In this document: piece by piece, positions 23,398 through 37,174 of the stretch
How the letters are laid out: every line of letters starts with the position of its first letter
How positions within the stretch are numbered: position 1 is the stretch's first letter
Source: Kondoa subrosea
Taxonomy: Eukaryota
Assembly: GCA_039545335.1 (NCBI GenBank)
Contig: BCIN01000001.1
Location: forward strand, 310,001-374,000
Direction of reading: 5' to 3'
DNA: 64,000 bases
Program-made: the position numbers and the translations under genes
The notes under the pieces: generated by a model
What the model was told of the DNA's origin: nothing
Database searches by the model: none
Seen by the model: the letters and a program-made list of their open reading frames with translations, nothing else

Positions 23398-23997
23398 TCA
23401 ACTTTCAAAGCTCAACAACCCTTTCTGCCTCTTCTTTTCCTTTTTCTTCTCTTTCGGCGTAGCTTTAGCCTTTTTCGCTTGATTAGGTTTCGTTTCCCCT
23501 TCTGCTACTTCATCAGGTTCTTCTCCCTCAGTAATGATGATTTTCCTCTTTGGTTTTCTTGAAGCACCATTCACTCCAGCAATAGTAGTATTAGGTTGAT
23601 CGACTTGTTTGCCTTTACTTGATTCCGCTAAATTCGGTTCAACTTTCACTTCCTCTTTCATTTCTGTTGATTCTGGTTCCCCATCTTTCACTAAATACTC
23701 CCATCATCAATATGTCATATATACCATGTTAATACAGAGCTCACATCGCTTGACTTGTTCTAAAGTCAGATCCCTTTTCTTAATTTGTACAACTAAAGGT
23801 GCTTCATCCCCTTCTTCCTCAGAATCAGGATCAACATAATCATCATCTTCAGGTCTAGTAGGTATTGGTTCCCTTCCACTCCCATTTCCATTCGCATCAG
23901 ATCCTCCTGGTATACGACCTGATAACATTTGGGAAATGAATTTAGGTTGTGAAGGTTTGGAATAGGACATGTTCTTGTATTGATGAGAGCCTGACAT
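23398..23997 (-). CDS. Small low-complexity protein, DUF4604-like
   Basis: KNMSYSKPSQPKFISQM start, DEAPLVVQIKKRDLTLEQ, and Lys-rich end KKRQKGLLSFES*. Confidence 0.7.
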
Positions 23998-24309
23998 GGT
24001 GTTTGAATGTGTAGAGGTATATGAGTGATCGGCAGAGAAAAGAGATGACGGTTTGTGGAAGAGAAAGCGAAAGTCGAAATTGGAGCGTGCTGGTAGTGTG
24101 CGAATTGCTAGCTGCATTATTCGCACGATAGTTATTACAATGGGCAATCGTATTCAACGTCTGATTCGCTTCTTCGACCGGAATGCCAATACCGCATGAG
24201 ACCTGTTCACTAAGACCTGCTTCTCCCCTCATGATCAGCCGAGTCTCTTCAATCTCCCTAATATACTGTATATGACCAGAGATCTTCCCTGCTAAAGATG
24301 TACTTGATG

Positions 24310-24882
24310 TTACGCTCGACTTGGCGGTGACAGTAGGACCCTGTTCCGCATTTCAGCCAAAGACATTGAAAACGCTAATCATGCATCTTACACTCCATCT
24401 CCTCTTACCTATCGCGTTAATCGTCAGCTCTAGTATCCAGCTGCAGGGAGAGCAAACAACTGACAAACAGCATCTCGCAATTCCTCTTGACCGTCTTTAA
24501 TGGAAACCGCACCATTCAGCTTGAATAATCTACGCAGGAGAGCAGTAATACTGACCCGTAAAGATTGAGCTTGAGTAGTTTCATCTACATCCACTATTGT
24601 AATAGTTTCTTCCACATCGCCCAAAATCATGTTCATATGTCCATCATAAGCCTGGATCCATTCCATTGAGCTTTACGTAATGGTAGAAGATGGGAAGACG
24701 GAACGAACGTGTAGTACTCCTTTAAGTTCTCTGTCACCACGCAATTTGATAAAGACTCGTTCAGATAAAGACAGTCGAACTAAATCAAACTGTGTATTGT
24801 TCATGCATTCAGTGTGCGTCAGAGTAACACAGTAAAGAGAGAGGGCACGGACGGGCTCTTGTACTCCGCCATCGTCTGCCAT
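24310..24882 (-). CDS. LSM3: U6 snRNA-associated Sm-like protein Lsm3
   Basis: [45 protein letters not shown]...MLFVRGDGVVLLSPP over 6 exons. Confidence 0.93.
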
Positions 24883-24943
24883 TTAAGTAATTGGGAGGCC
24901 GTTTGCTCTTGACCTGCTACTGCCATTAAACACTTGTGAGACA

Positions 24944-25792
24944 ATGCCGTGAGTCCCGATAAAAGCTACAGCTCTGTCAAGTGCTAAGTGATTGGCGGAC
25001 ATCACAGGAAATACTATTGCGGTTCGTCCTCATTGGAGCGCAATTGAGATTTGTTCTCATTGCGACTGTTGATGGAGTGAACAGATTACTGCGATGTCTT
25101 TCTAACGCACGACTCTTCATCTGGTCAGTCCTCTATATATATCTGTACTCCAATTTCAGAAGCTGATAGAGAGAAACAGTCCGGAAAGCTCATAACGCTG
25201 GAAGAAATCATTTGACAAACGTTAAAGATTACTATGCCTGTTCGTTCTTGCCTACTCCTCTAGCTGAGTAATCAGCTGAGGTAATCGTCCAAACGGACAG
25301 CACTGGGACATGATACGGCTCAAAGTTTGATTGATGAAATCACTAAACAGTATGAAAGAGGTGATATGAGAGGAGGCATGCGTGCGTCTATCTTTTTCCC
25401 TGTTCAGCTTGATACAAAGAACTCAACGGGATCTGATTAAAGGCCCGCCTATGAATATGGGTGGACCACCAATGGGAGGTTTTGGAGGTCCGCCTCCTGG
25501 AGGATTTGGAGGTTTGTCTTCTCTTCTCTTTGCTCATTCTCTTTCCGTATCAATAACATGCTATGATAGGTCCACCACCTGGATTTGGAGGTTTTGGACC
25601 ACCGTAAAGCTGCTTTGACTGCTTTTCAGTATAATACTGATGAGCAAGAAAATTGACATCTTTTACAGACCTGGCGATTTCATGAACATGGGAGGACCAC
25701 CACCGCCTCAACAATTCTCTGCTCCTCCTCCATTCCAGCCTATCAATAGCAATATGCCATTAGGGAAACCACCTATTGAAGTGGTTCGTTAA
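24944..25792 (+). CDS. YHC1: U1 snRNP protein C (matrin-type zinc finger plus Pro/Gly/Met-rich tail)
   Basis: Micro-exons assemble to [57 protein letters not shown]. The zinc finger is missed by the ORF track. Confidence 0.92.
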
Positions 25793-26145
25793 CTTGGCTT
25801 TTCTATCTCTTTAAGTTGTTCTCATATCGGGATGACAGGATACTGGTCCAGCTAAACCACCTTTTATCAATCCGTGCGTTGTCGTATCACTGATTATTAG
25901 CGTGTGCTGATTTTTGTGAGCTTCCGCGTACAGTGAAAGAGCTAGAGCTTTAGGATTGTAGAAGAATGTATTACTAGAAGGCAATGCTATCATTTTAATG
26001 TACTAGACACGTGCCTTTGCCAGCTTGTCATCATCATTACGCTCGAATCCATCGCTTGATTTCAAACTGCCACTACTTTTGTCATTCCCATAACTGCTCA
26101 AGTCACAAGAGTAGAGATCGACACGAGAGAGAGAGAGAAGGAGAA

Positions 26146-26788
26146 ATGAACCCTACTCAAGCTCGTCTAGCGGATTTGGCCCAAAAATCAGTCGTTCTCA
26201 GTTGCGTCTTTGAAATCTCGTATTCAGCATAAGAAGCTGACGAGTGTGTGTGTTATATAGCTTGTGTAGCTGCTTCTGCTTGGGGTTAGTCCATTCTTCT
26301 TTACTCAGGCTCTCTTCCTTGGCTTCCCTCTTTCCGTCGATCTTCCTCCAAGCTCTAAGGAATAGTAATGAAGGCCGAAGAACAGTGACTGATTCATTAA
26401 TGAATATAAAACAGGATTGTATGGAATTTATATCATGCATAACGCAAGATTGGAACAAGGTAGACAAGCTTTGGCTCAACATGAGATGTGAGTTTTTGTT
26501 TTACTATTACTTCTTTCCATCGTCTTGTCTTGTCTGTCCTGGTCCTGATCTTCTTTCCTCTCTCTTCTGTGTCCTTGTGATGTTGTCTCTTGCTTCTTAG
26601 CTCAGATCATAGAGCGTATGACTTACATCTATTCAACGGACGTTTTCTCCTTCTTCCTGTCTAATCCAATATAACATCGAGCACTTACTAATGCACAATC
26701 CGTATCTTACAGGGGAGAACTCAAGACAATGAGAGATTCAGCAGCAGGCAAGTTTAACACTTCGCCGGAGGATAGCAAACGGATATGA
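26146..26788 (+). CDS. Small single-TM protein, Cox14-like cytochrome oxidase assembly factor (tentative)
   Basis: 4 exons give MNPTQARLADLAQKSVVLTCVAASAWGLYGIYIMHNARLEQGRQALAQHEMGELKTMRD..KRI*. This resembles the Cox14 pattern (LAD..hK/R.V followed by a TM helix). Confidence 0.55.
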
Positions 26789-26932
26789 GTTTGAAGGAGA
26801 AGAAGCAGGACACAAAGAGAGTTTCGATTGTAACAATAGCCTGTAAAATATCCATCATATTAGAGTTACACACATGTCTTTGCTATTTTCGAATTTCAAC
26901 ACTGCTTGTTCGCAAACCATCATTGACTTGAA

Positions 26933-28030
26933 ATGGAATATCCTTCCAACAATAAGCGAAGAAGACTAGAAAGTTATGCTCAGTTGAGATTGGTCATACC
27001 TGATTGCGCTCAATTGGATTCCTCTTTGGCTGGACAAGCGAGAATCGTTATTCTGAATGGCGACAAACCAGTTTCTATAGGTCGAGATAGGTCAGTTCTG
27101 CCCCATACGTAGGAGCTTGCCTGTAGGCTCATAGTATGTGCAGATCCTACGATGCTCGAATAAGGATTAAAAGAGATATAATGGTTTCCAAATCGCATGG
27201 TCAGTTGCAGGCCTCTCAGCTTCTCATTCATCTCATACTTACAATGTTGCAAAAGCTTCCATCTACTTTGATGGAGAAGAATGTACTTGGAATATAGTCG
27301 ATTTAGGCTCAACGCATGGAACGATTCTGGTTCATCAAGAAGATGGAACGGGATTGAGAATAAGTGAAGCGAAACAAGCTTCTACCCCAAAAAGGCTCTA
27401 TCATCTCGAGTAAAGCAAACCCTTTTCTTTATCCTCTTGGAAAACAGAATTGAGGCTTATTCGTATGTTGTGGACGAAAGTCGGATTCAGATTGGTTCAA
27501 CAAGTTTAATCGTTCATCTACATGATCTACCTTGCGAACTTTGCATGCTTCAATCCAAAGAGGAAAATTTACTCAGTTTATCTTGTCCGCCTACTATGGA
27601 TTCTACTGCATCTGTTTCTTCTTCAACAGCAAAACAGAAGAAGAAGAAAGTGAAAACGAATATGAAACCTTCTTCTGTAGCTCTACCTATCCCTGTTGCT
27701 CCTGTTGTAGTACCAGAGGAGGAAACGGAAAAGAAGCACTATGTCGATCGAGCGAAATTGCGTAGAAATTATTATGGTCATTCCACTACTGCTGCTTCTG
27801 CTTCTACTCCTTCCACTACAGCTACTTCAGGGTCAACTTCAACTTCATCATCTATACCTACTATTGTTTCGAGTGGAATACACGCTAAATCCATGTCGAT
27901 GATTACTCCTCGAGCTGGATTAGGCAGCGAAAGATTGGTTGATGAAGAAGAAAGAGCAAGAGAGAGTGAAATGGATTGGAGAGAGAAAGTAAGAGAGAAA
28001 GCTAGGAATAGGTTCAGGAATTTGGATTAG
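26933..28030 (+). CDS. FHA-domain protein, AGGF1-like, with a degenerate G-patch-like C-terminus
   Basis: FHA motifs VSIGRD, VSKSH, WNIVDLGSTHGT, RIQIGSTSL; CxxC (CELC); YVDRAKLRR; RAGLGS. Confidence 0.75.
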
Positions 28031-28372
28031 CTGCTTTCTCTCTTTTGTCGAATGCTTGTGTGGGAAAAGACAGATGGGGTGATGCAATAGAGGTAAGTGT
28101 TATTGGATGTCATCGCTGCCCTGCGCTGAACCACTCAATCACTCTGCTGACAGGCCGAGTACTGCGTCGACTGAAACTTGAAGAAAGGACCTTCATTCCG
28201 AACGGAGAAATTAGCGCAATCCCGAATAAGTACAAGGAAGATGACCTTGTACAAATGCGAAAATCGACACCGCTATGTAATTCAGGAACGGCAGTTGTAA
28301 AATCAATCTTCAACCACCACAAACGGAACAAACCATCAACACACTCTCTTTCTCAAAACAGCAGTCTCAGAA

Positions 28373-29355
28373 ATGGCATTCAATTGGGTCCCAATCTTGA
28401 ACTGTCAACCGCTACACGGACATCCTGACTACAACCTCGATCTACTAAAGAAGTTTCGTTCCGCTCTCGACAAAAATGAACATCTCCGATTATCGTTCTG
28501 CTGCATTTTTCTGGGCACAGCAGCGGCACCGCTCGACAACCTCTTGCTCGACAGCTTACAACAGTTCAACTCTACCTTCGACAATTTTCTGAATAGCAAC
28601 CTCCCCTCTGTTCAAGCCAGTCCCGTGTGGAAAGGGAAATACGCCTGGACTACTCGCTCAGATCCTGGAGCAACAGCAATCATCTACATCTCTAGTAGTC
28701 TCATGAAGGCGTTTCAAAGAGCATCCGAGGAGAGTTCGTCTACAGCCCATCAGCAAGAAGCCTTAGCCTTTATCATCTTGACAACCCTAGCACATGAGCT
28801 AGCGCACATCTTTGTCTTCTTCCTAGGCCCAAAAGATGAACCACCTACTCTGTCCCTTGTTGGCAAAACTGAGCGGGTTCCGAAAGTATTGCCAAATGGT
28901 GAAAATGTGGTAGGCGATGATGGGAAGAAGGTGATGGTCGAAATTGGCCACAGCGGAGATGTTCAAGAGCGGGACTTCATTGGCGGTATCCTTAGAGTCG
29001 TTTACCGAGCCGAAGAAGCTGGCATGTGGAGCAAATTGATTCGACTTGAAGTCGAAGATTGTCAGACTCAGCAATTTCATGAAATTCGTGAGCCTATGTC
29101 CTACATGAGATGCACGAGCTGATTTGTATTGTTTTAGCTCAATCCGCCCTTACACATTATATGAACGACTTCAATTCTTACACGGCAACACTTCCTGCTC
29201 GTGGTCAATTGATTTCGAACCTGTTCACTGACCATGTGCGACACAAAGCGATACTGCTCTTATCAGTCATTGTATTTCACCACCCGTCAATCCCAGCAAA
29301 GCTTCACTTGGCTTCAGCACAAGTCAGGTGCATAAGTCGCAACCAGCATTGGTGA
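28373..29355 (+). CDS. Hypothetical protein with HExxH (zincin-like) motif
   Basis: 249-aa ORF containing IILTTLAHELAHIFV, then GTGAGC donor and a short second exon. The 3' end is uncertain. Confidence 0.6.
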
Positions 29356-29606
29356 TCGACCTCGAAATAGCCCAACGCACATGCCTGATGGTAGATTGAT
29401 CAAATACTGAGCTCCAAAGGGGAAACGATCAGTTGCTGCATTATAGTTGGCGTGTCTGCTGTATATCATCAGTCCCGTCATTGTATTTATAAGCCTTGCA
29501 TACTGCTGCTACTGTTGTATTTCTTGCGATCGGCCATAACAACTGCTCGTCTTTACTGCCATGATGTTTAGGTTGTTGACATCCGACAGCCACTATCGTC
29601 CAAAGC

Positions 29607-31149
29607 ATGCGGATCATAGGAGCTCTGCTGCTCGCTTTGGCGTATACCGCAGCAGCAGCGCAGATACCCTTCATCTCTACCAGCAGTCCCAGCATCAAAA
29701 CCTTTACCAATTCGCACGATGCATCATTCCAAGCGAATTCGCAATCTACTACCAAACGACTTTCTTTCACCAATTACAGGCGACCACTGCCTTTACCACA
29801 CATGCAACTAGCCCGCAAGTATTATCCCTTGAGCGATATGCGACTGAAAGCGATTAAACAGAAGATCTGGAGACCCAGAGCTAGAGGAGGTTCTGAGGAA
29901 TTCATGGCTGCTCGCATGGCTTCAGTCAGGGAAACGAGAGGTCAACCTCATCCAGCGGATTATGTGCCAATGGAATGGGATCAAGTGGAAATTGAAGCTC
30001 CTGATGTGACGGATGTGGATACTTTAGCTGGATTGGCAAAGATGACTAGTAATGCTTACATTGATAGCACACATCAAGGGAAAGAGGATTGGTTTGATCT
30101 GAGCAATGGAGGCTGGAATTTGAGCCAATCGTTTGGCTGGCAAGAAGATGGTATACGAGGTCATGTTTTCGCTATGGAAGACAACAGCACAATTGTTATT
30201 GCTATCAAAGGAACCTCAGCAAACTATATTGTTGGAGGAGGTGGATCTACTCAAATCAATGACAAGCTCAACGACAATCTTCTCTTCTCTTGTTGTTGCG
30301 CTCGAGTCGATTGGTCTTGGTCGCCAGTGTGCGATTGCTACGGCGGCAACTGGAAATGCGACGAAACATGCGTGGAAGATGCTCTGATCAGTAAATCAGT
30401 CTATTACCCTCTCGCGACCGATCTATACAACAACATCACTCTCGCTTACCCAAACTCTCAAATCTGGCTTACTGGTCACTCACTTGGTGGTGCTTTGGCT
30501 TCTTTTCTCTCCCATACTTTCGGTGTACCTTGTGTGACATTTGAATCACCTGGCGATCTCTTGCCAGCTCGAAGATTACATTTACCTCTTCCGCCAGGTC
30601 AAGATCCTTCTACTTACGGAGCAGTAACGCATGTATATCACAACGCAGATCCAATACCTCAGTACGTCTTTGGTCTTCTACAGATTGACTATCATGAGCT
30701 AATATGTGATGTGAATCAGAGGCGCCTGTACCGGTTCTTTGTCTTCTTGCGCTCTAGTTGGTTTCGCCCTCGAATCTCGCTGTCATTCAGGTCAAGTAAT
30801 CCTCTACGACACAGTAGGTGAATTGGGTTGGTCAGTAGATGTACGAACGCATCCGATAAGTCAAGTGATTGAGAAAGTACTCAAGCAAGATTGGAATGCC
30901 AAGACCAGTAGTAAAGCGAATAGTAAAGTAAAGAAATGGTGGTGGAAATGGCCTGGGAGTGGTGGCAAGAAAGGAGAGGATGATAATGAAGATGGGAAAA
31001 GAGGTGGGAAGAATGTCTCTACCGTTCCGAAAGCGGAACCGGAATCAGGGTGCTTTGAGTGCACCAAATGGACGTGAGTAGCGTCGTTGCGTCATCAAGT
31101 ACAATTCTCATGCCTACAATATAGATTCGGCGATTTCAAGCATTATTGA
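29607..31149 (+). CDS. ATG15: Autophagy-related vacuolar lipase
   Basis: LAKMTSNAY, FGWQEDGIRGHVF, IAIKGTS, DKLNDNLLFSCCCARV, TGHSLGG nucleophile, FESPGD, ESRCHSG. Confidence 0.95.
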
Positions 31150-31362
31150 CAAGTGGTTTATCTAATATCAATTTCGTATGTAGTATAGCATTTTCATGGC
31201 TCTTTTGATGTAAGCATAGGTTGTTGTAACATTATTGCATTGTGAATAGCTACGCAAAGGACAATTGGGTGTCCTTGTGACGTTGTAAATTACACAGGCT
31301 CTACATTTTGACTTGTTCTGTCTAATGCCTATCTCTAAAGTATGCTGCTATTGTGGTTTTCT

Positions 31363-33034
31363 TTAGTTCTTGAGAACATATCTAACAAGAGAAATTAAGT
31401 ACTGGTTGCGGCGGAAGATATCAGCACTTACCTGTATCTAGATTTGCCAGCATGCATGTCTTTTACTGCATCAGAAGCCTCGGACATGGGTCGCACTTGT
31501 ACCCAAGATTGAATTTTCTTGTCAACAGCCTAGCAGACTACTTTCAGCGCCCAGAATGACTCGCACACAATCCACTGACGAATTGCAACATCTCGGCAAT
31601 GAGTTTTGGCGAACCGATGATAGAGCCCGAAATTGAGACTCTGAATGAGAGAAGTCAGAAAAGGTCCTAGCCCGAATACAACAAACTATAACTAACCCTT
31701 TCCTGATCAAAGAGCCAGCTCCATATGCTGGTAGTTTGGATTCAGGTAAAGCGACCATGCAGACAGTGCCTTCAGGCTTGAGCAAAGGAAGGTAGAGACT
31801 TTCGATTGGTACATCATCTCCGAAGGCGGTAACAAGAATGATGTCGAAAGTTCTGGTGTACTTCTTCACGACAGCCTCGATGTCTTTGGCGACGATGAAG
31901 TTTTCTGGCTTGACACCCATCTTCTCTGCGTCGGCCTTCTTGGAATCAGAGTGAGACAAGGCGAAGACGTTGGCACCCATAGCTTTGGCCCACTGAAGGC
32001 CACTGAAAACATGACATGTCAGCGGAGATATGTTTTGGGTTTGAAAGAAGAGGACTCACTAGTGACCTAGTCCTCCGATTCCTACAATTCCGACTGTCTT
32101 TCCAGGTCCGCAGCCGAATCTTTTGAGTGGGTTGTATGTTGTTACCCCTGAATCAAGAGATACAGTCATGTATCATTCTATCGATTGTAAGCTTCAGTCT
32201 TACCTGCGCACTGTGAAGTTTCCGCATACGATTATAAGTTTTCTTTGCTGCTTAAGTCTGAAACTGACCATCATAGGAGCAGCTTGCTCGTCTGAAAGCT
32301 GTTCTGGAATCTTGACAGCGAAAGCACCTCTGCAACGAACGTAATCTGCGTAGCCTCCCATTGAAGTGGAACCATCTTCCCATTTGCCATTATATGTACC
32401 AATCATGCGTAAACATCTAGTACATAAGCCTTTTGCCTACTTGTATCAGTGGATCCAAACATATCTTTAGCACAATATTGAGGTAAATCTTTCAAGCAGT
32501 ATTCGCATTCCAAGCAGGAACCGGATTGAGCTCCAACACCAACTCTGGATCCAACTGAATGACCTGATTTGCTGCCAGCTAAAAGTTGCAGGGGTAAGCG
32601 AAGAGAAATGGAAGCTTGATAGTAGCGATTTACCCTTGACAATTTCACCGATAATTTCATGTCCAGCTACGCCTGTAAAATAGGAGAGAATGAGTATGTG
32701 GAACAGATTCGATCAACAATATAGCATACAAGGATATTTTGTAGCTCCCCAACCTGTGCAGCGAAACTTGTATTAGTTTATCTCCTGCACCATTACATTA
32801 CATTACATTACCAGAAGTGAGAGTGTGAATGCAAGAACCACAGATACCACTTCATTCTTTTTTAAGGACCTGGCTCGAGACGGAGGTCAATGGAACTGAC
32901 CAGTGGCTAATTTTGATATCCACATCTAGTTCATTCCATTGCTTAGGTGCATATTTGTGCTGAACCAGATCTAACTTCTTCCCACTCTCAACATCAAGCG
33001 CTGCGTATCCGTTGAATTGTTCAGGGTAGCTCAT
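31363..33034 (-). CDS. NADP-dependent medium-chain alcohol dehydrogenase (cinnamyl-ADH/ADH6-like)
   Basis: GICGSCIHTLT, GHEIIG, RVGVGAQSGSCLECEYC, GGYADY, VGIVGIGGLGH, RYVLKN*. Confidence 0.9.
32791..32811 (-). repeat. (GTAAT)4 microsatellite at an intron 5' splice site of the ADH gene
   Basis: Plus strand CATTACATTACATTACATTAC directly abuts the exon. Confidence 0.85.
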
Positions 33035-34561
33035 TGTTATAAAGATAGTCTTGGTTCTGGATCAAAGAGAGAGAAAAGGAAGGACGAATTAACTCCAGGT
33101 GAGCCGAAATAATGACGGAACGATTATTTTTCTCCCAGAGACGGGCTGAAAGACCGATCGGCGGTGATTTGTAATTGGGCCTCGAGTGGTTTAACCGTAA
33201 GGCAGATGGGAAGAGATAATTCCAGAATATGGACAGACTTCACGCGGAGTGCTAGTAGAAAGGATCGCATGGGAAGTTGGATAGAGCGACAGGCGCTGAA
33301 GTCATCTCAGAAGGACAGCGGGAAGACAGTGTCATTCTATTTCGGTCTCTTGGCGACAAGAGTGTCAGTTCAGTACGAGTACTGTATATAGCATTGAGTA
33401 CGATTGCTGAGAATCACTGATCATGCTTCGCAATATCGTCCAAGGAATGATCAGCTCACACCGCGAAATCGGATAACCTCAACTAATCACAGCGAGATAG
33501 GTGGATCTAGACGTGAAATGATAACAGAACAGATCGAGAAGATAGGCGAGAGATTGTCACATAGCCCAACGACATGAGTATCGCGTAAGATGCAGAACTT
33601 AAGCGCGAGATGAAGACCTATTGAGACTCTGATGCAGCATCAAATGGTCAGACATAGCACGATAGCAGACAGAGTGATATCATGTGAATGTGAGGAAAAG
33701 GTACGAAGCTCTCGTCCATGCGCACAACGACACAGAGAGAGGGAGAGAGAGAAGAGAGGACGACAAAGAGAAAGCACGGCACAGTACATAGCAACGAGAA
33801 GACAGATCTCACTACGGAACACGAGACCAAGGGATCTCTAGATATCCGAAATTCAGAAGATTGATTCCACAGATAGATTGCATGAACTGAGTCAGTTCGA
33901 CTTTCGGTCCTTGGTCGCGCTAAAGCGAGTCAGGTTTAGCCCTTGGTGATGTCCTGCTTGCCAACTTGGTGTGTCTCAGAAACCAGCAAGTCTCGGCCAA
34001 ATTAATTCGTGCCTTACGCTTGAGATTTACCCAGAACGGTATTACTGTAGTCCTACGCCGCTCGTATTCCCAACAGCTCACTTGCTTGGACACACTGAGC
34101 ACCAACTTCAAGCGATAGAAGTGGAGCCGCCTCTTGTTTGAAACCTTAAGGCATTAATAATCTGTCTCTCAAGACTCAACGACATCCCGCTTCAAGTTTG
34201 GGTTCTGGCTTGCCCTCCAAACAATACTGGCTGGCTCAGTAACAGAGATATCTATATACAATCCAGCTTCCCGCCATAGACTGTTGCACCGGAATTGCAA
34301 TCAGCTCATTCCATTCCAAAAGGCGCCACTATTCAACACACCGTCGGAGCTCTACACAACAGCCCGCTCTGTTCAAGACCCAGCCCTCGTGATCTATTGT
34401 GTGGAACCCGGCCTAGATCCCTTGCCTTTAGACAAGAAGTAGCGTGTCAAGAATATCATCACTCAAAGACCAGAAGGGGAAGCTTCCTATAAGCCAACGT
34501 ACTTCCATCGCTCGCATCTCTCCCAATCTATCTCTCTTTCTTTCTTCTCCAGTCAGTCAAT

Positions 34562-36368
34562 ATGATGGCGTCTCCCCTTTCCATCGCTTCAAGCCGAGGT
34601 CGCACTTCTGGCTTCGCTCAATACTCGGGTTCACCATTGTCTTGGTCTCGTGATGTTACGTTTACCAAGGATTACTCAATGTCAAGAGAGCTCTCTAAAG
34701 GGCCGGCTTATGCAGAGTGAGTCTCCGCTGTTTTAGTGCTGCGCATAAGGCCTAACGCCGCCACTTTTGCCATTGTCTAGAGCCAACATCTTTGATCACC
34801 CAACTCCAACTTCCTTCTCTCATCTCGCTTTCTTATCCACCTCTGCCTCATCATTCACTTCCGATTCAGAAGACCGTCTGCCTCGACTTGAGCAGTCATT
34901 CTGCAAGGGCTACTCGTGCTGCGGCTTAGAATTGGATGATCTGCATGGTCTGTTGGAGCACTTTGAAGAGCAGCATGTCCTTGGAACAAGTCCTGCTGGT
35001 TCCCTTCTCTCTACTCAAATCGCTTCATCCCTTCCACCTTCTAAATCTCCTCGAGCTGCCGGTCAAGCTCTCTCACCCAACTCTACTACGGCACCATCAG
35101 CCTTCACCTCTATCCAGAACAAGGTCTCGCCTCTCACTGAGCAGAATGTGGCGGCTGCCTCGCAATCGTTTCCCGCTGGTGCTCCATTCTCAATGGATGA
35201 CATGGACATGGATATGGATTTGACAGATGATCACGTGTCAAGAACTGATGATTCTGGTTTCGGTGCTCAAACTGCGATTGCTGGCGCGTCCAGCAAAGCT
35301 TTCAACTTCACTGCAGCACTTGGCCGAACTCGTCCCATTCATCCTCTAGCTTTCTCCACTCGTCGCTCTGCCAGTCCCAAATCCGCTGCTACCTCACCTG
35401 AAGCAAGCTGTCCGAACACGCCGACTTTGGACAGTGACATGGAATCTGATTTCGATCCATCAGCATCCAGTTCTTCCCTCAACCTCTTCCCGCCAATGGG
35501 CACCATCACTCCAGCTATGCTCTTTCCTCAATCTCGAAGCTCGCAATCACCACCAGCAGATTCCCCGGCAGCCGAATCCCCAGCTCAAGCCACTACTTTC
35601 TCACAAGAAACTCTGGCTCAACTTTCAGTTCAAGCTACTCCAGCCAATACTCAACCTAATGGAGCAACGATCATCATGGGCAACGATCCAACTTCTTCTA
35701 CTTTAGCTCCAGTCAGTCTAGGTTCAGGTCAACAAGGTTTCGTTGCTCCTCCTCCTACTATGCCATCAGGCAGAGTTTGGACACCACCTGCTGCGAAACC
35801 TTTCAAATGTCCTGTTCAAGGTTGTGACAAAGCTTACAAGCAACAAAATGGACTCAAGTATCATCGTTTGCATGGTCATTGCAATAATCGAGGAAGAGAT
35901 CCTTCTGCGGCTAATGGAGGTGATGAAGATGGTAGAGAGACTTTGGAGGAGAAACCGTTTGGTTGTTATGTTGGTCAAGCTTGCGGAAAGCGTTACAAGA
36001 AGTAGGTTGTGTTGAGGTCTGAAACGAGATGCGATGTTGATGAGTTTGGTACAGCATGAACGGTTTGCGCTATCACTACCAGCATAGCGGACCCCATGGA
36101 CAGATTGGATTGGAGGTGAGCATCGATGTGTCGTACCTCAGGTTAGCACTGATTTCGTCCATCTGTTACATCACAGATGCTTGCTCTTGGTTCACATCCA
36201 GCTCCTTTACTTCCAGCCGGTACACGAAGCAGACCTGCCTCAGCAGCTTCATCTCGCAACGTTTCTCGAGCCAACAGTCCTGCACCTTCCCCTCTTCTTC
36301 AAGCTGCGCAACCAGCTCCGCCTCAGCTCAGCTTCGCCTCTCCAGCATTTCCTATCTCTGGTCACTAG
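34562..36368 (+). CDS. SFP1: Sfp1-like split C2H2 zinc-finger transcription factor
   Basis: FCKGYSCCGLELDDLHGLLEHFEEQH; KPFKCPVQGCDKAYKQQNGLKYHRLHGH; EKPFGC..CGKRYKNMNGLRYHYQH. Confidence 0.88.
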
Positions 36369-37174
36369 ATTCTTTCTTGGTTCTCTTTCTGTCAACTGCC
36401 ATACTGTTCAAAAAGAAGCTGCGTCAAGCCTTCGAAGATACCAACTTCATCAGTAACCCTCTGTATAGAGTTTCTACCGATACTGCTCTCTTTCTGTCAT
36501 GCTCTTCTCTCTCTCATCTGTCTGTTGTACACCTGCCACATGCTAACCTTTTACTTCTACTCCGTAATCCGACAAGCGTCAACCTAATGTGTACTCCTTT
36601 CTTGGTCAAGGTCAACCTTAATTTCTCACTGCAATCATGTCTCTTTGGCCAACATGGTTCTTGTACACTACCCCTCGCTGAACTCGGTTTCGTTACTTGT
36701 TTGGAAGAAGAAGCAATAGAGCAAGCACAACCCTTTTTTCTTCTCCCTTCCAACCATGGAACAAAACCTTCTCATCAATCCGACAACAGGTTCTCTGCGA
36801 ATGTAGCATAGTATGTATTTGAGCTTTCTCGGACTTTCTATGATAGAGGTATTAGTTTGTGATACGTTGTACTCGTTTTGCCTGCTTCAATTTCTTTTGT
36901 AGCCCCGTTTTTCTAGTGATCTTTGTCAATAGTCTTTTGCAATAGAGGTATCATCCGTCCGCAAAGAAAGTCGTTTCCCCTTGAATTGCTTCTGTGCCTG
37001 CAACATCGAGCTTTGAAGACAAAGCTATAGCTTTGGCGTCTCCGCTTATCATCCCTCGACCAACATGGCGTAGGATTGATCAGATCCCAGCTTGATTCAT
37101 GCACTTGTAAATATGCTTCTCATGCCACAGCATGGTGATTTTCGTTCCCCTTCTTGACCACAGAAGAACACAGC

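Noticed and set aside
33035..34560. Short ORFs in the long intergenic region
   Set aside because: They derive from GA/CT-rich low-complexity sequence; the region is more simply the extended promoter/5' UTR of the SFP1-like regulator.
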